Source: Vicinamibacterales bacterium
Lineage (GTDB): Bacteria; Acidobacteriota; Vicinamibacteria; Vicinamibacterales; JAMQPK01
Assembly: GCA_963775345.1 (NCBI GenBank)
Contig: CAVZIS010000011.1
Location: 161,030-225,029 of the forward strand
Reading direction: 5' to 3'
DNA: 64,000 nucleotides
This document shows, one piece after another, positions 13,247 to 22,827 of the stretch. A program made the position numbers and the translations under genes. The notes beneath the pieces were generated by a model that worked only from the letters and a program-made list of their open reading frames with translations, made no database searches and was not told the DNA's origin. The stretch's first letter is position 1. The number at the start of each line of letters is the position of its first letter.

Positions 13247-14178
13247 AATTTCTGTTCTTCGAGCAATCGTCTTCGCTGAAACGGTGTGAGCTCGTTCTCC
13301 CTTGCTTTGAGCCATTTCAAGTACTCCTGCCTGGTGGCCTCATCCCATTTCGCGGTGTAGTAGTTCTTTCCCTTCAGCAGATTCTCCTTGGTGAACTCGT
13401 CGCGGACGCGAGTCAGCTCGGAGTCTTCGACAACCTCCTGCGCGAGGTGAGCGGGAATGAACACGACCCCCTGATCCCTGCCCAGCACGACGTCCCCGGG
13501 CATGACCACCGCCCCGCCGATCATGATGGGAGCATTCGTGCTGACGACCATGATGTTCTGCGAATGCGTAGGATGCCAGTTGCGCGCGTAGACGGGGAAG
13601 TAGGGAAGCTGCCGGTAACCTTCGATGTCGATGATGTTGCCGTCGACCACAAATCCGGTTCCCGTGCGCGCATATATCTGAGTGGCCAGATTGTCACCGA
13701 CGTAGGTGCCCTTTTCCCCTTTGCCGAACACATCGACGACCGGGACGTCGTACTTGGTCAGCACCTCGAACAGGTTGGTCTTCACCGTTCCGATCTTGTC
13801 GCCGTTCTTTTTGGCGAGCGCTCTGTTCCCCTCGTTGATATCAGGCCTCAGCGGCATGAACTGAACGGTGGTGGCTCTCCCCACGAGCACCTTGTCTTCG
13901 TTGATCCGGATCCAGTTCCCGTCGTACTGATAGTTGTATCCTTTCTCGAGCAACACGCTCACCGCTTCGTTGAGCGTCACCTGCTTCATGCGCTCGAGAA
14001 TGTCGTCCGGCACCTTTGGCCGGCCATCCGGGAATCGCTCACCCTTCCACGGGGCCGTCAACTCGATGAGGTCTTCCTTTGAGAAGGAACCAACCTGCGC
14101 CTCGGCCATTCGATCGGACACGATGCCCGACACGACGAGCCCGCACAACACCAGACGCACCACGAGGGTTGGCTTCAT
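13243..14178 (-). CDS. RraA/HMG-aldolase-like protein with signal peptide
   Basis: GERFPDGRPKVPDD, VGRATTVQFMP, VGDNLA, VMPGDVVLGRDQGVVFIP. Confidence 0.8.
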   Translation of the reverse strand: MKPTLVVRLVLCGLVVSGIVSDRMAEAQVGSFSKEDLIELTAPWKGERFPDGRPKVPDDILERMKQVTLNEAVSVLLEKGYNYQYDGNWIRINEDKVLVGRATTVQFMPLRPDINEGNRALAKKNGDKIGTVKTNLFEVLTKYDVPVVDVFGKGEKGTYVGDNLATQIYARTGTGFVVDGNIIDIEGYRQLPYFPVYARNWHPTHSQNIMVVSTNAPIMIGGAVVMPGDVVLGRDQGVVFIPAHLAQEVVEDSELTRVRDEFTKENLLKGKNYYTAKWDEATRQEYLKWLKARENELTPFQRRRLLEEQKF

Positions 14179-14212
14179 CTCTCTCCTCCCACAGTAACGG
14201 CCTGCCGTCCCA

Positions 14213-14560
14213 CTAAGCCCCCGACGATGGTTGCCCCTCGTCGGTTCCACCGCGCGTGCGGCGGCTGGCAATATGCCAGCCCTGGCGGATCAGATACGCA
14301 GCGGCGATGAGCAGGCCGCCTTTGCGAAGCCATTTGGTCGCCCGGGGGCCGCTTGCTGTTGGCTGCAGTATCTGTCGATAGGTATCCAGCTTCTCAGCAC
14401 TGGCCGGAGCGCTGCGCTCGACGGGTGCAGGGCGCGCGGGGCTCTCCGGCTTTATCCACCGGGTGATGAAAGCGAAAGCCTCCGAAGTGCACATCGGACA
14501 TCGCTCATTTTCGTGCACTTCATGACAGTCGAGGCATAGTCGGGCTACACCAAGGTGCAT
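14213..14560 (-). CDS. hypothetical zinc-ribbon protein with C-terminal hydrophobic helix
   Basis: CLDCHEVHENERCPMC; TATACT 5 nt before ATG. Confidence 0.65.
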   Translation of the reverse strand: MHLGVARLCLDCHEVHENERCPMCTSEAFAFITRWIKPESPARPAPVERSAPASAEKLDTYRQILQPTASGPRATKWLRKGGLLIAAAYLIRQGWHIASRRTRGGTDEGQPSSGA

Positions 14561-14669
14561 GCTGCAGTATAGTGCGCCTCCAACTGCTTGCGATGCTGTG
14601 AGAAAAAAGTTGGGGCGGGCGCTCCAGAAGGGGTCGCGGCAAGGCATAATCCCCTCAGGAGGAACGCGC

Positions 14670-15311
14670 ATGAAGAAGTTCTTGCCCTTATTGGCACTCG
14701 TGGCACTCGGCACCTCGATCGGGGCCCAGGGCGGACCGGCCAACACGCTGACCGCCGCGGAGAAGTCCGCAGGCTGGAAACTGCTCTTTGACGGCACGAC
14801 CTTGAACAACTTCGAGCCCCAGGGCAAAGCACAATGGAAGGTCGTCGATGGCGCCCTGCGGCCCGAAGCGGCCGGCGGCTGGCTCGCCAGCAAAGACGAC
14901 TTCGCGAATTTCCAGCTCCAGGTGGAGTTCCGCACGAGCGCTCCGAACATCAACAGCGGCGTCTTTCTTCGCCGTGGGCGCGAGGACGGCGACTCGCATC
15001 AGATTGGCTATGAGCTGCAGATCCGGAACCCGGCGCCCGGCGACAAGCCGTACGACGGCAAGTCGGATAACCACAACGCCTACTACACCGGCAGCTTTTC
15101 CGGCCATTTGAAGAGCAAGAATGAGCCGACCGTGGTCATGGGCCAGTGGCATCGTTTCGACGTGACGGCCCAGGGCGACCATTTCATCGTGATGTTCGAC
15201 GGCAAGAAAGTGCTCGACGATCGTCACCCGGAGTTCAAATCCGGCGCGATCGGGCTGCAGCGCACCGGCCAGGACATCGAGTTCCGCAGCATCAAGATCA
15301 AGCCGCTCTGA
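14670..15311 (+). CDS. DUF1080 (3-keto-disaccharide hydrolase-like) secreted protein
   Basis: GWKLLFDG, NSGVFLR, GYELQI, GAIGLQ, IEFRSIKIK; AGGAGG RBS. Confidence 0.9.
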   Translation: MKKFLPLLALVALGTSIGAQGGPANTLTAAEKSAGWKLLFDGTTLNNFEPQGKAQWKVVDGALRPEAAGGWLASKDDFANFQLQVEFRTSAPNINSGVFLRRGREDGDSHQIGYELQIRNPAPGDKPYDGKSDNHNAYYTGSFSGHLKSKNEPTVVMGQWHRFDVTAQGDHFIVMFDGKKVLDDRHPEFKSGAIGLQRTGQDIEFRSIKIKPL

Positions 15312-15421
15312 TCGGCGCGCAGGCTCGCAGAGCATGGCGGCGCCAGGCGATACCTGGCGCCGCCCTTTGACGATCCGCGGTCACCCAAGATTTCAGATTT
15401 TCTCGAAGCCCAAGGACCATC

Positions 15422-17023
15422 TCAGGGACGATGGCCCGGGCCGTAAAGTATGCGCCCCGGCCGCGCGGCGGTCATCGAACCGTTCTCGAATACGACCTGA
15501 CCGTTGATCACGACGAGCGAGACGCCTTCGGCGTACTGGTGCGGCTGCTCGAAGGTTGCGCGATCGCGAACCGTCTCGGGATCGAAGACCGCAATGTCAG
15601 CCTTCAGCCCTTCCCTGAGGATGCCCCGATCGCTCAGCCCGAGCCGCTGGGCTGGGAAGGACGTCATCTTGCGCACGGCGTCCTCGAGGGTGATGATTTT
15701 CAACTCGCGGACGTAGCGGCCGAGCACGCGCGCGAAGGTGCCGTAACTTCTGGGATGCGGGCTCCCCTGGCCGAAGACCGGCACACCTCCATCGGATGCC
15801 ACCATGGCTGCCGGATGTCGCATGATCCGCTGCAGGTCCTGTTCGTCGATCGCGTGGTAGATGCCGCCGCAGCCACCCTGCTCGACGATCCAGAGCACCG
15901 TTTCCGCAGCGTTCTTTATCGTCGGTTCCAGGCCACGCCCTTTCGTCGCGTCTCCAAGACGCTTCCCGTCGAGGGTTGGGTCCCAGGCGCAGCGCGACAG
16001 CTGCACATTCTGCGGGTCACCGCCGCCGCGTTCGTTCTCCAGCAGGCGAATGACTTCAGCCAGGATGTCGGCTCGCGCTCCTGCGTCCTTGAGCCGCTTC
16101 ATCGTCGCCTCCCCCCCGCCCTCGAGCGCCCACACAGGGAGGAGCGCTGAGCCGATCGCCGTCGCCGACGCGGTATACGGGTATTGATCGAGCGTCGCGT
16201 CCACGCCGCGCGCGCGCGCCTCGTCGATGAGGCGAAGCGTCTGCGCGCTGCCGCCCCAGTACGCCTTGCCGATGATCTTGTGATGCGTGACTTGTGTCGG
16301 CAGCCCGCCTTTCTCGCCGATCTCGATCGTCTCTCGCACGCTGTCGGCGACCTTCACCGTTTCCTCGCGCATGTGCGAGATGTGGATGCCGCCCATCGAA
16401 CCGGCGACGCGGGCGAGGTCGATGACCTCGGCCGTCGGCGTGAAGGCGCCCGGCACGTAGAACAAGCCGGTGCTGAGGCCGAAGGCGCCATCAGCCATTC
16501 CCTGTCGGACGATTTCACGCATCCTCTCGACTTCGTCCTGCGTCGGCCTGCGGTTGACCTGCCCGATGACTTCACCGCGGACCGATCCCTGCCCGATGAA
16601 CGTGCCGAAGTTCACGGTCACGCGCGTCGCCGCAACTTTCTCGAGGAACGGCTTCAAGGGAACCGGCGACGAACCATCCGGGCCTTCGATAACCGTCGTC
16701 ACCCCCTGTCGGATGTAGTTTTCGGCGGCAGGCACTTCGAAGATCCCGCCGCGCGCGTGGGAGTGAATATCGATGAACCCTGGTGCGACGATCCTGCCCG
16801 CGACGTCGATGGTGCGTGCCGCCGGCTCGTCGATCCGGAAGGCGATTCGGGCGATCGAGTCTCCCCGGATCGCGAGGTCCGCGCGAAACCACGGGCTGCC
16901 CGTGCCGTCGAGGATGCGCGCGTTTCGGATGATTACCTCATAGGGCGTCTGTTGAGCGACGGAGATGGCTGCAAGCCACCCCGCAAGGAAGATGGTTGCG
17001 CCGGGTATTAGAAGGCTTCGCAT
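15422..17023 (-). CDS. N-acyl-D-amino-acid deacylase (D-aminoacylase)
   Basis: PGFIDIHSH, GLSTGLFY, SHMREE, DQYPY, HPRSYGTFARVLG. Confidence 0.93.
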   Translation of the reverse strand: MRSLLIPGATIFLAGWLAAISVAQQTPYEVIIRNARILDGTGSPWFRADLAIRGDSIARIAFRIDEPAARTIDVAGRIVAPGFIDIHSHARGGIFEVPAAENYIRQGVTTVIEGPDGSSPVPLKPFLEKVAATRVTVNFGTFIGQGSVRGEVIGQVNRRPTQDEVERMREIVRQGMADGAFGLSTGLFYVPGAFTPTAEVIDLARVAGSMGGIHISHMREETVKVADSVRETIEIGEKGGLPTQVTHHKIIGKAYWGGSAQTLRLIDEARARGVDATLDQYPYTASATAIGSALLPVWALEGGGEATMKRLKDAGARADILAEVIRLLENERGGGDPQNVQLSRCAWDPTLDGKRLGDATKGRGLEPTIKNAAETVLWIVEQGGCGGIYHAIDEQDLQRIMRHPAAMVASDGGVPVFGQGSPHPRSYGTFARVLGRYVRELKIITLEDAVRKMTSFPAQRLGLSDRGILREGLKADIAVFDPETVRDRATFEQPHQYAEGVSLVVINGQVVFENGSMTAARPGRILYGPGHRP

Positions 17024-17066
17024 GACCGTCCTTATTCCTAAATCTTCGTGCCACCGAAGCAGCAGT

Positions 17067-18752
17067 TCAGGACACGGAGGTTGATTGCATGGCCTGGTAA
17101 CGCCGAATCGCCTCACGTGCGTTGAAAAGCATGCGCTCGCGACCGAGCCGCTCCTGCAGCTCGGAGTGCCGCACCGTCTCGAGGACGGTCGGGTTCAGGT
17201 CCACCAACCAGACCACGACGCCCCTTTCGGTCGCGCGTTGCTCACGCTCGATCAGCACCTGCAAGGCCGAGTATTCGAGGTCGGGTACACGGCTCATGTC
17301 CAGCGCCAGCACGCGTGGCTGGTATTTGGCGAGGAGTGCGCCGATCTGATCGCCGACGTCCTGAACGTTCACGAAGAACAGGCGCCCTTCCGGCCGCACG
17401 ATCAGCAGGCCTTCGAAGGTCTCGTCGTCGGGATGTTCGGGCGACAGCGGTCGCAGCACGTCGGCCCCGCGCTTACGCCCGATGACCGACACTCGCAACT
17501 GCGCAGTCTGGCCGGCCAGGCCGATCATCGACGCGATGATCGCGACGACGATCCCCTTGAGCGTGCCGAACACCAGCACGCCTACACAAGCGAAAAGCGC
17601 CCAGCGAAACTCCATTGAGCGCACCTTGCGAATGGCGTGGAACTCTGCCGGCTGGATCAGCCCGACCGAATAGACGATCACCACCGCCGCGAGCGTCGCG
17701 TTCGGCATCAGGCCGAGCATCGGTGCGAGGAGCAGCATCGTCGCGAGCGCGATGGCCGCGGTCACCAGCGAGGCCTTTTGCGACTGCCCACCCGAGGAGC
17801 GCACGACGGCGGTCTGCGAGGTGCCGCCGCCGGCCGGCATCGCACCGAGCAGTGCGCCACCCAGATTGGCCGCGCCGCAGGCAACCAGCTCGCGGTTCGC
17901 ACGGATCGGCGGGTCGGTCGGGCGCGCGAAGGCGCGGCCGGCCGCAATGGTCTCGGTAAAGCTCATGAGCGCGATCCCGAGAGCGCCCGGCACCAATCGT
18001 TCGATCAGGGAGAGGTCAGGTATCGTGAATGCCGGCAAACCTCGCGGTATCACGCCGACCGTCGAGACGCCGAGTGCCTGCAGGCCGAAGTACCACGACG
18101 CGGCAATGGCGCCCCCCACGGCGACCAGCGGCGCCGGCGAATGCGGCCGCAGTCGCTCCAGGCCGATCAAGATCGCGAAGGTTGCCGCGGCTACGCCCAG
18201 TGTGACGAGCGACGTGTCTGGAATGTGTTGCACGACATCGAACAGGTCGCGGAAGAAGCCCTCCTTGGTGATGTGGATTCCAAGGAGCTTCGGCACCTGG
18301 TCGAGAACGATCACGAGGCCGATGCCCGCCTTGAAACCCGTCAGCACCGGCGTGGAGATGAAGCTGGCAACGAATCCCAGACGCATGAGCCGCGCCAGCA
18401 CCAGCATCGCGCCGACCAGTGCGGTGAGCGTAGCTGTCGCCGTGACGAGCTTCGCCGGATCGCCGTCGGGGACTACCAGACCGAGTTGCGTGCCCGTCAG
18501 GATCGCCAGGGTGGTGGTGGAGCTGACGCTGAGCACGCGCGACGAGCCCAGCAGCGCGTAGATCACCATCGGGACGAAGGCGGTGTAGAGTCCCACCGCC
18601 ACGGGCAGACCGGCCACGGTCGCATACGCCATGGCCTTGGGCAGCACCACCGCCGCCGCCACGAGGCCTGCGATCACGTCGAGCCGCACTGCCGGCGAGC
18701 CTGGGTGGTCGTCTGCCCTCGTCGCGAGAGGAGTGCGGTCTCCCTTTTCCAT
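17067..18752 (-). CDS. SulP family anion transporter with STAS domain
   Basis: DVIAGLVAAAVVLPKAMAYA...VGLY; multiple TM helices; C-terminal STAS (LALDMSRVPDLEYSA). Confidence 0.93.
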   Translation of the reverse strand: MEKGDRTPLATRADDHPGSPAVRLDVIAGLVAAAVVLPKAMAYATVAGLPVAVGLYTAFVPMVIYALLGSSRVLSVSSTTTLAILTGTQLGLVVPDGDPAKLVTATATLTALVGAMLVLARLMRLGFVASFISTPVLTGFKAGIGLVIVLDQVPKLLGIHITKEGFFRDLFDVVQHIPDTSLVTLGVAAATFAILIGLERLRPHSPAPLVAVGGAIAASWYFGLQALGVSTVGVIPRGLPAFTIPDLSLIERLVPGALGIALMSFTETIAAGRAFARPTDPPIRANRELVACGAANLGGALLGAMPAGGGTSQTAVVRSSGGQSQKASLVTAAIALATMLLLAPMLGLMPNATLAAVVIVYSVGLIQPAEFHAIRKVRSMEFRWALFACVGVLVFGTLKGIVVAIIASMIGLAGQTAQLRVSVIGRKRGADVLRPLSPEHPDDETFEGLLIVRPEGRLFFVNVQDVGDQIGALLAKYQPRVLALDMSRVPDLEYSALQVLIEREQRATERGVVVWLVDLNPTVLETVRHSELQERLGRERMLFNAREAIRRYQAMQSTSVS

Positions 18753-19305
18753 TGTTGGCGGAATCCCGCTGCGCATCGCCAGCGGCAGCGAAGCAAGAGC
18801 TGGAGTGGATTCTATGCCATGCCCTGCCGGCTCGTCTCAAAACGTACGGTCCCCGAATTCTGTTCGCGAACATCCCTCACGCCGGGCGATGCGCTCGCAC
18901 CGAGGCCGGCCGTTTTATAGGCATAGCGATGAGGGACGCAGGTTGATTGCGACGCACCTGACCGCGTTACTCGACGCTTTCGCCGAGGTTCGACGGACTT
19001 GGGACGAACTCGTCGGCATCCAACCCGACATCGTCGCCGCGGTGGCACTCACGACCGCCCGCGGCATGCCCACGATTCGGGGCGTCACACCGTTGTCAAG
19101 TCGTGAAGTTCATCTATGCGTTCAGCCATTTCCTGCTTACCGTCACGGCACGTGATGTGCTGCCCGACTGTCCATCTGTCGCTGCTCTGCGACGAAGTCA
19201 CAGGAGTGCTGACCAATCCATCGTGAAGACGTTAGAGATCCTGAAAGGCGTCTGGAACGCTGACGTATTGGCGCACAAGAGATCAAGGCGGGACTAGGAG
19301 GACAT

Positions 19306-19860
19306 ATGAAACGATTTGTCGTAGGAATCATTGCAGCGGCAGTTCTGGTGTCGGTGGCGCGCACGGCCATGGGCCAGGCCAAGACAGTCAAGTCGGAAAT
19401 GAGAACGGAGACGGCGACCGTCGAGGCGATCGACGCCGCGAGTCGCACGGTCACGCTCAGGAAACCGGACGGCACGGTCGTGACGACCGTCGCAGGGCCG
19501 GAAATCAAGCGGTTCGAGGAGGTCAAGACCGGCGACAAGATCACCGCCCGGTATTACGAGAACATGGTCATCCGGGTGCAGCGGCCCGGCGAGCCGGAAG
19601 TGGATAGCAAGGTCAAGGGCACGACGGGTTCCGATCAGGTCCTGCCTGGCGGCACCAAGGCCAGGCAGCGGATTATGCCGGCCACGATCACGGCTATCGA
19701 CATGGACAAGCCTTCGATCACCTTCACCGGAGGAGAGAAGAACTGGAAGTACACCTCTACGGTGCAGGACAAGTCGGCTCTCGCTGCCGTGAAGGTCGGC
19801 GACAAGGTCGAAATCGTCTGGACAGAGGCGCTGCTGGTGTCGCTCGAACGCGCCCAGTAG
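19306..19860 (+). CDS. secreted hypothetical protein with two OB-fold-like repeats
   Basis: signal peptide; ATVEAID..RTVTL..VKTGDKI / ATITAID..SITF..VKVGDKV; AGGAGG RBS. Confidence 0.8.
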   Translation: MKRFVVGIIAAAVLVSVARTAMGQAKTVKSEMRTETATVEAIDAASRTVTLRKPDGTVVTTVAGPEIKRFEEVKTGDKITARYYENMVIRVQRPGEPEVDSKVKGTTGSDQVLPGGTKARQRIMPATITAIDMDKPSITFTGGEKNWKYTSTVQDKSALAAVKVGDKVEIVWTEALLVSLERAQ

Positions 19861-20025
19861 GGGCTTGGGTTGGTCAGGGCCGAGGCGGTCCGCCGTGATC
19901 GCCCCGGACCCTCGTTGAGGCTGCCGGGTGCAGAAAGTGTCTCGGCATTTGCGTCGGCACGCGCCCGACCAGCTCGCGTCGAGTCACGTCCATGGGCGCA
20001 GACCGCGCCGCACTTCGGTCAGTTA

Positions 20026-21116
20026 CTAGAGATGTTTTCCACGAAGGCCCCTTTTCGCTTCCAGTAGCTCACTGTCGCGAAACATTGACACCGGTGGCCG
20101 CTCGAGTCGTTGACGTTGGGAGAGCACTGTGCCCGCGTCTCTGTCGTGATCGACCAGAGCGAAACTGCATCGCACTCTCCCGCCAGCGCGACCAATCTGC
20201 TCGCTTGCCCAAACAAAGCTGTCGCCTGAGTGAATGGAATCGTCAAACAGTACCTGAGTTTGTCAATTCCGCCTTAGATGCCTCAAGCAGAAGAGTCGAT
20301 GCCGATGGACTATCTGTGATTGTCTCCACTCGCTGCCTGCAGTTCGGGCATCTCGGTTCCTTCGGCAGACAAAATAGTGGTAAACGCCGGGCAGTTGCGG
20401 CCAGGACCGCAGGAGGAATTCCGCTTCTTTCAACCGCAACGATGCAACTCGTGTCTTCGGGCACATTGATGGACAACCAATCTCCGAATCGATGAAGGAG
20501 CTGACTGTCGTTGTAGGCCCGCCAAATCTCGAAAAGTCGTACTCGCCCGTCGCCTCCCGGCGTATCGTCGCTATGCACGAATGGGGCGTGCGCAAGTACC
20601 CTGTATTACTTCGGTGCGCAAAGCATTCAACCGATCGTCTATCTCGGACAGACTGATCACGCTCCTGAGATGTGGCAAATAGACTTGTGCCGCTTGAAGA
20701 GGTCTGTCGACACAATGACTTATGTCATCGAGCAGCTGATGAAGATCGTCGGCGTCGGTGCCTCGAACCGCAACAAAACGTCGAATTGGATCGGGGATGT
20801 CAACCGTGCGAGTACCCCGCGCTAACATCGGAATGACTGGAAGATTGGCACCCCATCGAGCACCCAATTCGAAGAGCACGTAGCGAGACTCCAGGCTGGC
20901 CGGTGTAAGTAACACAACCAATGCCTTTGCGGCCTCGATGTCGCTGCGGATGATGCGATCGATGTCGACTCCGCTGGCCAGGCGATACCCTAAGGCGCTC
21001 GTGCAGCGGATCTCCTCGTGAACCAAACCGAGAGCCTGCTGTATGAGGAGTGCGACTCCGGCTGCCAGCGATTCGTCCCGATGGCTGTGACTTATGAAGA
21101 CAGACACTTTTTGCAT
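20026..21116 (-). CDS. TIR-domain protein probably fused to a type I phosphoribosyltransferase (APRT-like) domain; two frameshifts
   Basis: GGAGGAG RBS; VFISHSHRD...SRYVLFELGA (TIR); IVAVERSGIP; third frame VLFDDSIHSGDS (20218-20253); stop TAG at 20026-20028. Confidence 0.75.
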
Positions 21117-21435
21117 ACTCCTCCAATGTTCAGTATCCACAGTGCACGACCAGCGTCAGCCCTGGCTCTTTCCACACGCCAACCGTGAATTGTAGACCTG
21201 ACACTTACTTGAATGAGTGCACGGGACCGCGATGCATGCCTTGCTGGTTCGAAGGTCTCGATGCCTGCCCCAAAATCCCTACACGGATAGTGAGAGATCC
21301 TCGGGTTCACTAACTTTCTCTGCAACAAGCCTACTGAGTGATTGATCAGAGCGCTTTATGATTATGAGGCGTGAAACACGGACCGCTGGCTTGGCAAGCC
21401 TCGCCATCACACTTGTCAAAAAACGCGACAACAGA

Positions 21436-21453
21436 AGCCCGTGAGGACGGGCT
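21436..21453 (-). terminator. hairpin downstream of tRNA-Leu
   Basis: agcccgt-gagg-acgggct stem, followed by TCTGTTGT on minus strand. Confidence 0.5.
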
Positions 21454-21461
21454 CAATTCAT

Positions 21462-21548
21462 TGGTGCGGAAGCGGGGATTTGAACCCCGATGAGCTTGCG
21501 CCCACTAGCTCCTGAGGCTAGCGCGTCTGCCAGTTCCGCCACTTCCGC
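21462..21548 (-). tRNA. tRNA-Leu (anticodon CAG)
   Basis: GCGGAAG acceptor stem, anticodon arm CTAGC-CTCAGGA-GCTAG, long variable arm, GGTTCAAATCC T-arm, encoded CCA; TATAAT upstream at 21578-21583. Confidence 0.97.
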
Positions 21549-21708
21549 AGTGGAGATCTCTCCGGGCAGGAACGAACATTATACCGCGCTCAACCTTGTG
21601 AATGACGACCGTCACCCGTGAGGCAAGTGCCGCGTACTGTCGACCATAAGCCGGCTGATCACTATGTACTATAGACAGCGCTAAAGCCGGGCACTACGCA
21701 AGAGGGTT

Positions 21709-21766
21709 TGCGAACCGCCGAACCCACGAACCGACGAACTCGCGAACCGACGAACTCGCGAACCTC
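21709..21766. repeat. degenerate 8-mer tandem array (cgaacNNN)
   Basis: gcgaaccgccgaacccacgaaccgacgaactcgcgaaccgacgaactcgcgaacc. Confidence 0.85.
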
Positions 21767-21805
21767 GTGCGAATTTCCCGCCCGTCCTGTGGGACGATAA
21801 CGCGG

Positions 21806-22600
21806 GTGTATCTCTCCGCGATCCGGCGCCGCTCATCGAACGAAGACGGATTCCCCTGGAACATCCCCGTTGTCGCAGGTCTCGATCTTCTCGAGTTCGA
21901 TGCTCCGGTCACGTTCTTCGTCGGCGAGAACGGCTCGGGTAAATCAACCGTGCTGGAAGGGATCGCCGCTGGAATGCGTGCGATTGCGGTCGGCAGCGCA
22001 GACATCAAAGACGATGAGTCGCTGCGGGCGGCGCGCAGGTTCGCGTCGGGCTTCCGATTCGAGCGGCGTCGACATCCGCGGACAAAGCTGTTCTTTCGAG
22101 CCGAGGACGTCTTTGGCTTCACGCGCCGCATGCTTCGCACGATGCGAGACCTCTCCGATATCGAGGAGGAGTTCCGTCGTGAGCTGCCCGAAGGATCTTA
22201 CGGACAACAGCTGGCGATGGGATCGGCACGCGGGCAACGGCTCGCGCTCGAAGGACGCTACGGCGCCGACCCGGATGCGCGCTCCCATGGCGAAGTGTTC
22301 CTGACGCTCCTGGCGTCGCGCCTGACGCCCGGAGGTCTTTACTTCCTCGATGAGCCAGAGGCGCCGCTGTCGCCGCGAGGTGTTCTGCAGCTGCTCGCGC
22401 TCGTCGACGATCGCGTCAGACGCGACTGCCAGTTCATCATCGCCACGCACTCTCCCATGTTGATGGCGTTTCCAGAAGCGGCGCTCCTGTTGTTCGAGGG
22501 CCCGAGCATCCGACGCACCCCCTATTCGGAGTTGGAGCACGTCCAGCTCGTCAAGGCGTTTCTGAACGATCCCCAACGATTCTTGCAGCACTTCCGATGA
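21806..22600 (+). CDS. predicted ABC/AAA-type ATPase (COG3910-like)
   Basis: VGENGSGKST, RSHGE, YFLDEPEAPLSP, IIATHSP. Confidence 0.9.
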   Translation: MYLSAIRRRSSNEDGFPWNIPVVAGLDLLEFDAPVTFFVGENGSGKSTVLEGIAAGMRAIAVGSADIKDDESLRAARRFASGFRFERRRHPRTKLFFRAEDVFGFTRRMLRTMRDLSDIEEEFRRELPEGSYGQQLAMGSARGQRLALEGRYGADPDARSHGEVFLTLLASRLTPGGLYFLDEPEAPLSPRGVLQLLALVDDRVRRDCQFIIATHSPMLMAFPEAALLLFEGPSIRRTPYSELEHVQLVKAFLNDPQRFLQHFR

Positions 22601-22654
22601 GCGGAGTGAGCGGGCGCGTTTTCTGCTGTGTGTTGCGCAGGATCATCGACGTTT

Positions 22655-22792
22655 GCGCGGCTGAAGCCGCGCCCTACCGCCCGTCACGCTTTCGTCCGGC
22701 TGATGAAGCCGGACGCCACCCACGAACCGACGAACCCCGCGAACCCACGAACCGACGAACCTAAAACCTCCGACAGCTACCAGCTACCGGCT
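22655..22792. repeat. REP-like palindromes followed by 8-mer and 7-mer arrays
   Basis: gcgcggctgaagccgcgccctac; gtccggctgatgaagccggac; cgaacc array; agctaccagctaccggcta. Confidence 0.7.
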
Positions 22793-22827
22793 ATCCTGTC
22801 GTGTAATCTGTAACTGGAGGATCCGTC

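Noticed and set aside
19925-19940. ggtgcagaaag as an att-site copy of the tRNA-Leu 3' end
   Set aside because: Too short and mismatched; no integrase nearby
21806-22600. ATPase next to the tRNA as partner of the TIR gene in a defence operon
   Set aside because: On the other side of the tRNA, divergent, host-like GC, and a widespread stand-alone family
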